From the sequence record OQ417966.1: DNA of 64,000 nt. One strand, written 5' to 3'. The position numbers and the translations under genes are program-made. Source of the DNA: Mycobacterium phage prophiT36-1. A model generated the notes under the pieces. That model was not told where the DNA came from, made no database searches, and saw nothing but the letters and a program-made list of their open reading frames with translations. Of the stretch, positions 44,201 to 53,482 are shown piece by piece. How positions within the stretch are numbered: the first letter of the stretch is position 1; each line of letters opens with the position of its first letter.

Positions 44201-46793
44201 CCAAGCGCTGGGAGGAGATCCGGCGAAGTGGATTGGCGAGGACCCGAGCACCTACCTGCCCCGCGGTATCGGCGGAATCGGTGGTGTGGGTGCCGGCGGA
44301 TACGCGCAGTACGCGGCGCTGCTGTCAAAGTTCGCCAAGAGCGGCAAACTGACAGCCGAACTCGTCGGTGCTGGTCTGGACGCCAATGACCCGGTCATCC
44401 GGGCGATCACCACCGCACGGAACAAGAAACGGGGTGCCCTCGGAGACGACGCTATCGCCGCGCTGGTTGAGCAGATCATCGGCGGCGGCGGATACACCGG
44501 CTCCCTGAACTCGAGTAACAGCGCGCTGATCAGCTCGTTGCAGACGTTCCGTGACAAGCTCGGCAGGACAGCGGTTCCCAACGGCACCGCAATCGCGGCG
44601 CTCCCGGCAGGCGGCGGCCCGAAGGGCTCCAAGTCAGGGCTGCAACCCAACGCGAACCAGCTGTGGGACTTCATTGCCACCAACTTCCCCGAGGTCCGCG
44701 AGATAGGGGGAGTGCGCCAGGACGCTATCTCCGATCACCCGAGCGGCCGCGCATTGGACATCATGGTCGGCCAAAACAAGGAACTCGGCGACCGTATCAA
44801 CGCGGCGTTGCGCGCCAACTACATTGCGCTGGGCCTGGACTCAACAATTTGGCGCGACAAGTGGGAAGACTTCAACGGCAACAGCTCCACCGTCGCCGGA
44901 CACCAGGACCACATCCACGCCAAGGTCGCCGCCGGCGCGGCCACGGGCATGCCCGGATTGCCGATGCCAGGCGGTGCCCCCGGTCTGGCCGGCATGGGCA
45001 GCGGCGTGGTCCCGGTCTACGTGACCAACTTCGACGGCCAAATGCGCGGCATGGGCGACCAAATGCTTGGTGCGCTGTCGCAGTCGGGTGGACTAGCCGC
45101 GTCAAACGTCGCAGGCGACATGATGAGCGCGGTCGCCGGGCTCGGCCAGGAGCCCTGGAACAAGAAGAACGCCAACTACACCGAGCTCAATCAGCTCGTC
45201 AAGGAACGCAACCCGCTGGCACTTGCCAAGGCCATGGGCCTGAATGTCGAAGACTTCACCCGCGCCGGCGGCGACGCAGGAGAACTCACCACCAACGACG
45301 GCAAGGCCTTCGACGCCAGCGGACGCATGTTCTCCGACACAGGCGCCTTACTTGACCGGACATTCACCAGCGTCAACGCCCAACTCAACGCCATGCGTGA
45401 ACAACTCGTCGATGTCATCGAGCAGACCAACGCCAAACTCAACGAGGAAGCGCTGGAGCCGGTCGTCAAGGCGGGTGTGCAATCGGCCCTGGAGAGCTTG
45501 AAGGACAGCGTGAGCGGCCAGATCGGTACCGCCCTGGGGCAGGCGGCTGCACCACCGATCGCCGATGCGGTCCGCAGCGCGATCCCAGCCGACGGCGGCG
45601 GTGGCGGAGCTGCAGCCGGCATCGGCGGCAACATCGCCGGCGCACTCTTCGCCACCGGCGGCCCAGTGTATGGCGGCATCCCGGGCAAGGATTCCGTTCC
45701 GGCGCTGTTAATGCCGAACGAACACGTGCTCACCACCGACGACGTAGCCCGCATGGGTGGGCATGCTGGTGTCTACGCGTTCCGGGCCGCCCTTGCCCGC
45801 CACGGTGGTGTGCGCGGGTTCGCCACCGGCGGCGGAGTCAACGTCAACGACACGGTGGGCGCGGAATTCTTTGGCGTATCGCAGATCCCGATCCTGGGCG
45901 CCATCGTCAACCTGCTGGTTCGTGTGCTGCTACGGGTGCTGGGTGTCGAGATCGAAGCCCGAGACACCCTCAATGAGATGACCGACGAGTTCCGCCAGTT
46001 CCGCGGCGACTTCGAAGCATTCGATGCCAGCGGACGCCTGATGAACGACACCTCCGCGCTCGTCGACCGCTCATCCACCAGCGAGGAAGAAGCAGCACAG
46101 GAACGCATCCGGATCCTCAAGATAGTGATCGAGGCGCTGATCAAATACATCATCGAGAAGGTCATCGTGCCGATCGCGAAAGCCGTTGCCAACGCCGCGA
46201 TCCAAGCGGGAGCATCGGCGGCCGGCGCCGCGGTCAACACCCAAGCACCGGGCGCTGGCGGCATTGTGTCCGCTCTCATCAGCTCAGGTGGGCAGGCGGG
46301 CGTGGACATCATCGCCGAGATCGGCAGCCAGCTCGCCGTCGAGGCGGCAGGGGTGATCATCGACATGCTGGGCGAAGGGCTGCAAAGCTACTTCCCGGAC
46401 ATCGTCAACGCCATCTTCGGTGGCGGGCTGCTGGAGAACCTGATCGCCGCACCGATCACCGCGGCGCTCGAAATTCCGCTGGCCATCATCGGTGCACTCA
46501 GCGGCGGCTTGACAGGCCTGTTCGCGCCGTTGCTGGCCATCCTGGGTGGCGGATCATTCGATCGGGGCGGCCTCGCGCGCGGTGTCGGCATGATGCCCAA
46601 GGCAACGATCCGGCCAGAGCGCGTCCTATCGCCGCAACAGACCATCCTCTTCGAGCGCATGATCGCCGCCCTGGAACGCAACCCTGGCGGCGCCAGCGGC
46701 AACCCCACGTACGTGACCGCGCAGATCAACGTCGAGGGCGGCCCACGAGCGGGCGAGAACGTCCGCGCCGGACTGTTGGAGCTGATGAGCTGA
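41202..46793 (+). CDS. Tape measure protein (1863 aa) with embedded peptidase M15 (VanY-like)-type motif
   Basis: Size, Gly/Ala-rich and coiled regions, position before the minor tail genes; SDHPSGRALDIMV...AGHQDHIHAKV motif at about nt 44700-44930. Confidence 0.85.
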   Translation: MTTPVGSIRLDLSIDGSNLDDEITAAVQKHMGPAMARLQAQLDRIEREYVEAARAAEKSSAKQTAAARAVAEAVEDIGDEHTKSAAKARAGESVSTRSINATTRAIQKQTAAWEANAAARIAAAAAPTPAGPPPGGGSRGGGGGGSGGGVRWHGGRGGFLSSPMGLNAISLGVGSLPAATTAVVNLTGALQQLVQVGFVVPGVIGGMVSSIGTAVLGFHGLSDAVKASWEAAKSGDPKDIKKAAEAMQGLAPAVQGVVKAIVSARPQLEHLQRDIVAQNMFEGVDQSITELTDKSIPTLEKGLGGISKAWNATFKELGRVGGLDSSQSILDKLFGNTADAQNRANAAIEPLIHGFGTLTAEGSDFLPRIADGLTAVTKRFDNWITRSVENGNLDKWITEGIEGADHLGNTLLNIGKIIASITKAAGGDGGLLSALDGGSGALADFLASDKGQEKLIKFFTEGREQIKQWMPILGNVASLLGDVYDGMKQWTAVLLPILKMVTDLLNSMPGGISGVVTAFLAWRTISGITSVLSGVNSIGSALDGLPGKAGTAAGGINKALAGLGIGAAAFQIGGGLINSDSGLAQAGGFAANIGGGALAGGLMGGPWGAALGAMIGAGVSLFELSRKRLEEGKAEWDKSWQEHHDNPPPPVISPSGIDLKTMLPVDRGPSLSQGMLAQIQAGKLPGYSIGPNGAVIGPEGQPLPGVNLGGVTPYTPSFPLPTLPPPALPPQKQPTTFLPIPGATGQNVPAPQGTNLGQLIGAGALPEVQANVQKLASDIQALPEGEVKIKDPSPEVMKNLESLDVQITKVSENEIQVKANTSAAQAQVEAFILKYKQQTITMMIQAQGMTPAVPPGRADGGVLPGWSPGVDNMLVPMSGGEGVLIPEAVRGLGGAAAIYAINSRFRSGLSRRGYADGGVVGAVAGIPGVDDNTELGVLRQIRDLLAGKGGGPLPATSDAIKSIASDGVASATGNSPARMGPFGTPIKARNPGYEAAAAAIQALGGDPAKWIGEDPSTYLPRGIGGIGGVGAGGYAQYAALLSKFAKSGKLTAELVGAGLDANDPVIRAITTARNKKRGALGDDAIAALVEQIIGGGGYTGSLNSSNSALISSLQTFRDKLGRTAVPNGTAIAALPAGGGPKGSKSGLQPNANQLWDFIATNFPEVREIGGVRQDAISDHPSGRALDIMVGQNKELGDRINAALRANYIALGLDSTIWRDKWEDFNGNSSTVAGHQDHIHAKVAAGAATGMPGLPMPGGAPGLAGMGSGVVPVYVTNFDGQMRGMGDQMLGALSQSGGLAASNVAGDMMSAVAGLGQEPWNKKNANYTELNQLVKERNPLALAKAMGLNVEDFTRAGGDAGELTTNDGKAFDASGRMFSDTGALLDRTFTSVNAQLNAMREQLVDVIEQTNAKLNEEALEPVVKAGVQSALESLKDSVSGQIGTALGQAAAPPIADAVRSAIPADGGGGGAAAGIGGNIAGALFATGGPVYGGIPGKDSVPALLMPNEHVLTTDDVARMGGHAGVYAFRAALARHGGVRGFATGGGVNVNDTVGAEFFGVSQIPILGAIVNLLVRVLLRVLGVEIEARDTLNEMTDEFRQFRGDFEAFDASGRLMNDTSALVDRSSTSEEEAAQERIRILKIVIEALIKYIIEKVIVPIAKAVANAAIQAGASAAGAAVNTQAPGAGGIVSALISSGGQAGVDIIAEIGSQLAVEAAGVIIDMLGEGLQSYFPDIVNAIFGGGLLENLIAAPITAALEIPLAIIGALSGGLTGLFAPLLAILGGGSFDRGGLARGVGMMPKATIRPERVLSPQQTILFERMIAALERNPGGASGNPTYVTAQINVEGGPRAGENVRAGLLELMS

Positions 46794-48229
46794 TGGCCTA
46801 CCGCGGATACTTCGCCCTCAACGGCGTGGAGATCGCCAACAGCTCCCGGGTGATCGCGCACCTGGGCCAGGATGTGCCAACCAGCGACATCGGTGTCTTT
46901 GGCGACGATCCGAGCACCGACTGCGCGCTCATCGAATCCACCGAATTTCCGGGGTTCTACGAAATCCCCGACAGCTCCACCGAAGTGAGCCCCGGCCTGC
47001 TCACGCCGCCCAACGGTGCCCGCCGGCTGGGGCCCGGCCTGTTTGAGATCAACGGCACGTGCTGGGGTCCGATCGCGTTCTGCGGCTCGTGCTCCACAAT
47101 CGTCACCTACGATGATTCGTGGCCAGGTCTTCGGGAATTCCTGGGCGACAACATCTATCGACCCGAGCTGGCACCGTGGTACAGCACCGAACTGCCCGAA
47201 TCCACAGAGTTCGGTGGCGTATGGGTGATGAAAATCGACGGCCTGGGAGCAACACCGGTAGAACGGCCCATCACCCAGATGACCGGATCAGGGGCCGCGG
47301 CCGGCCCGCATAGAGACCTGTCACGCACCCTCACGTTCGAGGCGCTGATGATCGCCTGCACTCACGCTGGCGTCGAGTTTGGCATGGACTGGTTGTCCTG
47401 CATCCTGCGGGACACCATCGACGACAACACCAGCGTTCTGCGTTATCTTGCTGCCAGCCCAGCGCATTCGGGCGTCGATCCGGCATCGTTGGTGCGTGAG
47501 GTGCATGGCGTTGTCTTGACCAAAGAGCCGCGGATCATCTCGGAATACAACACCCAGGCCGGCCAGCATCACCAAGCCAACCTGTATCGCATCAGCTGGG
47601 AAATGACGGTGCTCTCGCCCTATGCCTACCTGCCGCAGGTAAGGGTGCCGGTCGACTGGGACGAGATCACCAGGCAGCCGGTCAACTGGGTTCACGCTGC
47701 CGACTGCGAAAAGCCCTCCACCTGTTCGGACATGCCGGTGCTGTTCTCCGCTGACTGCGTGCCCGAGGAGATCGCGATCCTGGACACTCCGCCGCCGGTG
47801 TGCGGCGGGTGCCTGCCGGTCGGCGAGATCGACAAGTACAGCTTCCGTATCCCCACCATGGATTACGCGTTCCGTTGCCGGGACACCGCGGTCAGTATCG
47901 CGATCCGTAACCTCGGCGGGACGCCGTTGACACTGCAAGCGTTTCTGCGGGTGTGCGGCACCGATGTGCGCTGCGAAGACAACCGATTCCCGCTGCAGGT
48001 ATCGGGTCTGCCACCACTGACAGAGCTGGTCCTCGACGGCATCTCGGGGCGCTACTGGGCCATCTATGACGACCGCAAGCACCGCGCCGTCGGGATCGTC
48101 GGCACCCCCAACGGCGCGCCCTGGCGACCACCACGTATCGACCGCGAAACATGCTGGGATTTCATCGTTCAAACAGCTAGCACCTCGCAATTCGAGGTCA
48201 CCATGACACTCACCGATCGGGAGCCGTGA
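46793..48229 (+). CDS. minor tail protein (distal tail / baseplate-like)
   Basis: First gene after TMP, ATGA coupling. Confidence 0.6.
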   Translation: MAYRGYFALNGVEIANSSRVIAHLGQDVPTSDIGVFGDDPSTDCALIESTEFPGFYEIPDSSTEVSPGLLTPPNGARRLGPGLFEINGTCWGPIAFCGSCSTIVTYDDSWPGLREFLGDNIYRPELAPWYSTELPESTEFGGVWVMKIDGLGATPVERPITQMTGSGAAAGPHRDLSRTLTFEALMIACTHAGVEFGMDWLSCILRDTIDDNTSVLRYLAASPAHSGVDPASLVREVHGVVLTKEPRIISEYNTQAGQHHQANLYRISWEMTVLSPYAYLPQVRVPVDWDEITRQPVNWVHAADCEKPSTCSDMPVLFSADCVPEEIAILDTPPPVCGGCLPVGEIDKYSFRIPTMDYAFRCRDTAVSIAIRNLGGTPLTLQAFLRVCGTDVRCEDNRFPLQVSGLPPLTELVLDGISGRYWAIYDDRKHRAVGIVGTPNGAPWRPPRIDRETCWDFIVQTASTSQFEVTMTLTDREP

Positions 48230-48232
48230 GCC

Positions 48233-49270
48233 GTGCCGGTCATCAGCACTGAACAGATCGTGTCGCTGCGCACCGCCAGCGGCAAGCAACTCGACCAATT
48301 CCTGGCCACGCATCAGGAGTCGTTGAAATGGACCCGCGAGCAGCGGCAAGTATCGGTGCTGGAAATGACCGTGCCGAGCGTGATCGACGCCGGCCGCATG
48401 GACATCACACCGTGGCTGCATTGGATCGACGTGTTCGATGATCAGGGCCGCGAGCTGTACTGGTCAGGACCGATCCAGCGGGTCTCAGCTAGCCGCTCAC
48501 GAACCTCCATTTCCGCGCGGGATATGTCGGCGTTGATGACCCGCACCCGCTGCCCGTTGACGAAAAACTGGGATGCAGCCGACCCCTCGAAGATCGCGGG
48601 CGAGCTGTGGGCCGCGATGATCGCCCACCACGGACTGAACACTCGAGCCATCGAACGCGTGGACCCGCGCGGCGACCACTTCGATTTCGAGGCTATCGCC
48701 GACGAGCAGATGATGAGTGCGACGTTCGATCGGCTCGTCGGGCTGGGGCTGCACTGGACAGTCGTGGGCGGTGTGCCCATCCTGGGCCCGGCCCAGCTCA
48801 AATCGATTGTGGCGCTCGGCGAAGACGACTTCACGGGCGGGGAGTTCTCGATCGTGCGTGATGGCAGCCAGACCTACAACGATGTCCTACTGCGCGGCGG
48901 CGACAACCTGGCTCGCGCCAGCGTGCCGATGGGCGGTCTGCGGTTGCAGACGATCAACAACATCGACGACATGTTCGGTGTTTCCAACGTCGACCGCGCA
49001 GCCAAGCAATACGTGCGCTACACCGGGGCCATCAAAGACACCTTGGTGCTCTCTGACGGTGCCGTGCTGCATCCTGATGCTCCGCTAGACATTTCGCAGC
49101 TGATCCCGTCAGTACGGTTCAACGTCGAAGCACTGGGGGTGCTGCAACTGATGGAACTGCAGAACGTCACAGTCACCGGTGACGGAGCCGTGGCGCTCAC
49201 GCTGGCTTCGGTCAACGACGACCTACCGGAACTGGTGGAGATCGCCCAGAAAGGGGCGGTGACACAGTGA
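48233..49270 (+). CDS. minor tail protein
   Basis: Second gene after TMP. Confidence 0.55.
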   Translation: MPVISTEQIVSLRTASGKQLDQFLATHQESLKWTREQRQVSVLEMTVPSVIDAGRMDITPWLHWIDVFDDQGRELYWSGPIQRVSASRSRTSISARDMSALMTRTRCPLTKNWDAADPSKIAGELWAAMIAHHGLNTRAIERVDPRGDHFDFEAIADEQMMSATFDRLVGLGLHWTVVGGVPILGPAQLKSIVALGEDDFTGGEFSIVRDGSQTYNDVLLRGGDNLARASVPMGGLRLQTINNIDDMFGVSNVDRAAKQYVRYTGAIKDTLVLSDGAVLHPDAPLDISQLIPSVRFNVEALGVLQLMELQNVTVTGDGAVALTLASVNDDLPELVEIAQKGAVTQ

Positions 49271-51633
49271 GCCGAGTTCCAGGCCAGGCGCCGCGCACCG
49301 ACCAGGAGTGGACACGCGAGGTGGCGCAGCGGCTCTCAGCACTCGAAAATCCGCGAACAATCCGGGTGGGGAAGTGGGTTCTGTCCGCGGTCGCCGGCCG
49401 ACTCATGGCGACCAGCCCAGGTGAAGTGCTTGAAGTCGGGCAGGAACCGACGCCCGTTGCGGTTGATTTGAGCCAGCGCGGCAGCCAGGTTTCTGAGCAG
49501 GAGATCGCCGAGGCCGTCACGGGCGGCAACGGTAAGACGTTCACCTCGATCACCGACTGGTTGACGGCGAAGTGGTCGGAGCTCTCGAGTACGACGACGA
49601 ATGCGAATACCGGCCTCGGGAACTGGACGTCATGGCTCACCGGGGGTTCGTGGGCCAACGTCGGTGCCGCGGTGTCCGACTTCCTGAGCACCAAGAGCAC
49701 CGCGGCGACTGCCGGAACCAATGCGGCTACGGGGCTGGGCAATTGGACATCGTGGCTCAGTGGTGGATCGTGGGCGAGCATTGCGGCATCTGTTGCTGAT
49801 TTCCTGGGGACGAAATCAACTGCGAACACCGCGGGCACGAATGCCGCAACCGCGATGGCCGACGCGAGCGCCGCGTCGTCGGCGGCCAGTGCCGCGCAGA
49901 CCAGCGTTCAGAGCACGATCGATGCCGGTATTAACGCGATCCGCAACACCCCTGGTGTGGCCGGTCAGGCGGTCGAAGGATTGGCCGAGGCGCTGGCGTC
50001 GATCCCGACCCAGCTGTTCAATCAGTTCGGCGGCAACAATGTGCCCCGGGCATCCCAGGAGCAGGCTAACGCGGCGATGGCTTCGCTGGTCAACACGGTC
50101 AATTCCCAAGGCGCGGCGATCAATGCGCTGCAAAACATCCTCTCCGATGTCGGCGGATTCAGTGCCTCGATCACGTTCCGCCCGGCGGAAACCACCGTAT
50201 TCACCGGTCCGGGCACTGCGCCGTGGACACCTCCGGCATGGGCGGCAGGTGGGTACGGCGAGTATGTGATCGCGCCGGCCGCCGGTGGTGGCGGTGCCGG
50301 TGAAGGCGGCTCGGGAGCATTCGGTGTCGGCGGCTATCCCGGAGCGTGGGCCACCGGCACCTTCCCCATCGAGGCTGGGGCGTATTCGATCTTCGCCGGC
50401 GGCGGCGGTCTGGGCGGGCAAGACGAGGGTTTGGGCTTCGGCGATAACGGCAGCGCTGGTGATACCTCGACGATCACCAGCCCCACCGGCACACCGGTGG
50501 CCACCGTGGCGGGCGGCGCAGGCGGTGAGGGGGCGCGGCGCGGCGGCAGCGGGCAGAACGGGAAAACCATCAGCCCCCAAACCTTGTCGGCGTTCGGGGA
50601 GGCCTTCACCGCCGGATCCGGGGGTACCGGCAACGCGGGCACCGGTGGCGTGGCCGGTGGCGGTGCGGGCGGTAACGGTGGCCTGTTCGGCAACTACACC
50701 AAGGGTGGCACCGGCGGCCCGGCCAAGATCTGGATGCGCGCCCGCGCACCAATCCCGCCGCAGTTCACCGCCATGGGCACCCTGATCTTGCCCACACTCA
50801 AACTCAACACCGGGGTCGCCCAAACCGATTCGATGACCGCGGCCGGGCAGTGGCGCACCATCGCGCCCGGCGGGGCGGCCGGCGGCTACATGCTGATCAT
50901 CCGCGCCAATTCGGGGTTTACCGATTACGTCTATCTGTGGATCTGGGATGTCTCTGGTGTCACGCACTACGAGCTGGGCCGGGTGGCTTCCGGGGTCAAG
51001 TCCGCGTGGAAGACCGGCACGGTCGGGGCGGCGATCCCGTTCAACGCTTTCACCCTGACCTCCGATGCCGCCCGCACCTTCACCGTCGGGGTCAACGGGA
51101 CCGCGTTCGACTCCTACAACGACTCCGGTGCCACTTCCCTGATGGGCGCGGCCTACCGCTCCGGCGGCTGGGCATCCTCGGACCCGGCGCTGCCCGGCTC
51201 GATGTCACAGTTCGCGTTCCTGGACACCGGCACCCCCGCCCGCATCGTTTCAGGCACCATCGCGACCGCCCAAGGCACCAACAGCACCGCCGCCTACGTG
51301 GACCTGACCACTCCCGGGCCTTCGGTCACTCTGAACGTGCCCGCCAGCGGTGAGGTCACTATCGATGTGTCGGCCGCGTACTCCTCCGGCGGGGCTGCCG
51401 CGCAAACCGGATACATGGGCTGTGCGCTCTCGGGCGCCAACACCCGCGCCGCAACCGATGCCACTGCCGCCTACGGGCGCACCGTCACCGCCGGACTGTT
51501 CGGCACCCTGGCGCGCCGCATCCACCTGACCGGCCTGACCCCGGGCACCACCACGTTCAAAGCCGTCTACAAAACCAGCACCAGCACCGCGACCTTCTCC
51601 GACCGCCACATCATCGTCGAACCCAAACCCTAA
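49267..51633 (+). CDS. Glycine-rich minor tail protein with internal about 40-aa tandem repeat
   Basis: GGAGGEGARRGGSGQNGK...GGTGNAGTGGVAGGGAGGNGG; repeat TGLGNWTSWL(T/S)GGSWA...DFL(S/G)TKST at nt about 49590-49860. Confidence 0.65.
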   Translation: MSRVPGQAPRTDQEWTREVAQRLSALENPRTIRVGKWVLSAVAGRLMATSPGEVLEVGQEPTPVAVDLSQRGSQVSEQEIAEAVTGGNGKTFTSITDWLTAKWSELSSTTTNANTGLGNWTSWLTGGSWANVGAAVSDFLSTKSTAATAGTNAATGLGNWTSWLSGGSWASIAASVADFLGTKSTANTAGTNAATAMADASAASSAASAAQTSVQSTIDAGINAIRNTPGVAGQAVEGLAEALASIPTQLFNQFGGNNVPRASQEQANAAMASLVNTVNSQGAAINALQNILSDVGGFSASITFRPAETTVFTGPGTAPWTPPAWAAGGYGEYVIAPAAGGGGAGEGGSGAFGVGGYPGAWATGTFPIEAGAYSIFAGGGGLGGQDEGLGFGDNGSAGDTSTITSPTGTPVATVAGGAGGEGARRGGSGQNGKTISPQTLSAFGEAFTAGSGGTGNAGTGGVAGGGAGGNGGLFGNYTKGGTGGPAKIWMRARAPIPPQFTAMGTLILPTLKLNTGVAQTDSMTAAGQWRTIAPGGAAGGYMLIIRANSGFTDYVYLWIWDVSGVTHYELGRVASGVKSAWKTGTVGAAIPFNAFTLTSDAARTFTVGVNGTAFDSYNDSGATSLMGAAYRSGGWASSDPALPGSMSQFAFLDTGTPARIVSGTIATAQGTNSTAAYVDLTTPGPSVTLNVPASGEVTIDVSAAYSSGGAAAQTGYMGCALSGANTRAATDATAAYGRTVTAGLFGTLARRIHLTGLTPGTTTFKAVYKTSTSTATFSDRHIIVEPKP

Positions 51634-51662
51634 GACCGCACCGCGAAAGGCATAGAGAAATC

Positions 51663-51974
51663 ATGGGATTCACCAACGCGACACCGCTGAAACAGACCAC
51701 CTACCAGGCCATGTACTTCGACGGCACACCGCAGAGCGCCGCGCAGACCTTGATGATGATCGACTCGCTGCTGACCGCCCGCAAGCTGCACTACGGCATC
51801 ATCCACGGTTCCCAAGAAGTAGAAAACCCCACCGCCTGGCGTATCCAACTCGCGCGCCGCGACGGCTCAGCCGAACTCATCGCCCTCGCCGACCGCTGGA
51901 TCGTCGTTTCCTCGACCGGCCAAATCCGCGTACTCACGCCCGCCGACTACCGCGCCGAATTCGCCGTTGAGTGA
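51663..51974 (+). CDS. hypothetical tail-region protein
   Basis: ORF in array. Confidence 0.45.
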   Translation: MGFTNATPLKQTTYQAMYFDGTPQSAAQTLMMIDSLLTARKLHYGIIHGSQEVENPTAWRIQLARRDGSAELIALADRWIVVSSTGQIRVLTPADYRAEFAVE

Positions 51975-52234
51975 CCGGCGCCGGCACCGCTGCTCGCTAC
52001 CCTGCCGCCATGGACGGATACCTGCGCGGTTCGGTGAAGACCCACCCGGACTATCCCGAGAACCCGACCATCGCGCTGCGCAGCGTGTTTGACGACGACG
52101 ACGCCACCGGCTGCAACTCGTGGCTGGTCGTCTCGGCGAGTTCTGGGGCGCTCTATCGCACGGAGTCGTTCGTCGCCGACTGGCCCGACGCAGACGGGCT
52201 GACGTTGACGACCACGCTCACCCCGGCTCCGTAA
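51971..52234 (+). CDS. hypothetical protein
   Basis: GTGA overlap. Confidence 0.35.
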   Translation: MTGAGTAARYPAAMDGYLRGSVKTHPDYPENPTIALRSVFDDDDATGCNSWLVVSASSGALYRTESFVADWPDADGLTLTTTLTPAP

Positions 52235-52244
52235 CCTCACGGTC

Positions 52245-52886
52245 GTGGCGATCACGGAGTACACCGAGCCGAACGTCTGCATCGGGGAGAACCTCACCAC
52301 CGATGCGGCCGGTCAGCTGCGGCTCCAACCGTGGGCGCTGGTACGCCCTGTGGTCGATATCCGGGCACTCTCGGGCGGTGACGGTTCGATCATCGCGCCG
52401 CTGATCGCGCTGCCCGGCAAGCTGCTGATCGACCAGAAAGCGTCCTGGCGCAACGATTCCCCGCTGCCGCAGATGGTGCTGATCCGCGTTACGCGCGGGC
52501 CGCGGTCATGGCTCACCTCGAACCCGAACGCTATCCAATTCCGCGACCGGTGGACTACTGCGATCGACACGGATGCCGCGATGCCGGTGACCACCGGCAT
52601 CTACAACTCCCAGTGCGGATCGGCCTGGGACTTGGGAACGAACAGCGTCGCGGAGCCCAACCCTGGACGACAGTGGCGATGGGCCGACGCCAACAGCATG
52701 GACGAATGGGTGGGCCCGATCGATCCAGGAGCCACGCTCAACCTCTGGTACCGCTGCTATGTGTGGACCCCGCCGCCGTGGTCGAACAACGCGAACAAGA
52801 ATCAGCCGCAGCACGAGGCCCGCGCGAACTGGACGCGCATTGAAATGCGGGCCTTCCCGCAGCAGGGAAATGTGGTGACCGGATGA
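52245..52886 (+). CDS. minor tail / fibre-like protein (paralog of the next gene)
   Basis: C-terminal similarity with the next gene (ARANW/AQARW endings, W-rich). Confidence 0.5.
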   Translation: MAITEYTEPNVCIGENLTTDAAGQLRLQPWALVRPVVDIRALSGGDGSIIAPLIALPGKLLIDQKASWRNDSPLPQMVLIRVTRGPRSWLTSNPNAIQFRDRWTTAIDTDAAMPVTTGIYNSQCGSAWDLGTNSVAEPNPGRQWRWADANSMDEWVGPIDPGATLNLWYRCYVWTPPPWSNNANKNQPQHEARANWTRIEMRAFPQQGNVVTG

Positions 52887-53482
52887 GCATCAAGGTGTGC
52901 ACCTCGGAGTACATGCTCTCCACCGTCAACGGGCTCGACATGAGGCGAAACTGGTTCCCCAGCATCGTCGCTGAGCGATTCCTGCAGTCCAAGAAGGACG
53001 GGCAGATCAGCCGATCACCCGACCCGGTGACGATGATCGACGGTGATCTCACCTACTTCAACAACACCCCAGACCCGGTGTACATCACCGTGCAAGTCAT
53101 CCGGGCTCCCCGCAGCATCGTTGCCCAAAACCCGGGCACCGTAGTGATTCACGACGCCTGGTCCTGGGCTGTCGGCAAGTCGCCCACAGCTGACTTTCCC
53201 TCGGTAATCCAGGACTCATTCGGCGGCAGGGGACAGGTGGACCGACCCGAAAACGCCGCGGACAAGCTGCTGTTCGGACGGTTCTTCGCTGACGGAGACA
53301 GCTCCCAAGCCTGGGTCAACGTCGGCCAACTCGACGCGCAGGATTCCCTGCACTTCCGATACCTGGCCGCTGTCCAAACCCCAGGCGTATGGACCACCCC
53401 TTCAGAGTTCGAGCCGCGCTGGGAAGCACAAGCCCGCTGGACTCGACTGCTGGCGTTCGCGATGCCGATTGGTTCGGCATGA
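52883..53482 (+). CDS. minor tail / fibre-like protein (paralog)
   Basis: ATGA coupling; paralogy with 52245-52886. Confidence 0.5.
   Translation: MSIKVCTSEYMLSTVNGLDMRRNWFPSIVAERFLQSKKDGQISRSPDPVTMIDGDLTYFNNTPDPVYITVQVIRAPRSIVAQNPGTVVIHDAWSWAVGKSPTADFPSVIQDSFGGRGQVDRPENAADKLLFGRFFADGDSSQAWVNVGQLDAQDSLHFRYLAAVQTPGVWTTPSEFEPRWEAQARWTRLLAFAMPIGSA

Noticed and set aside
49267-51633. Collagen-like triple-helix repeat in the Gly-rich tail protein
   Set aside because: The glycines are not in strict G-X-Y register. They are GGxGG-type flexible tracts instead.
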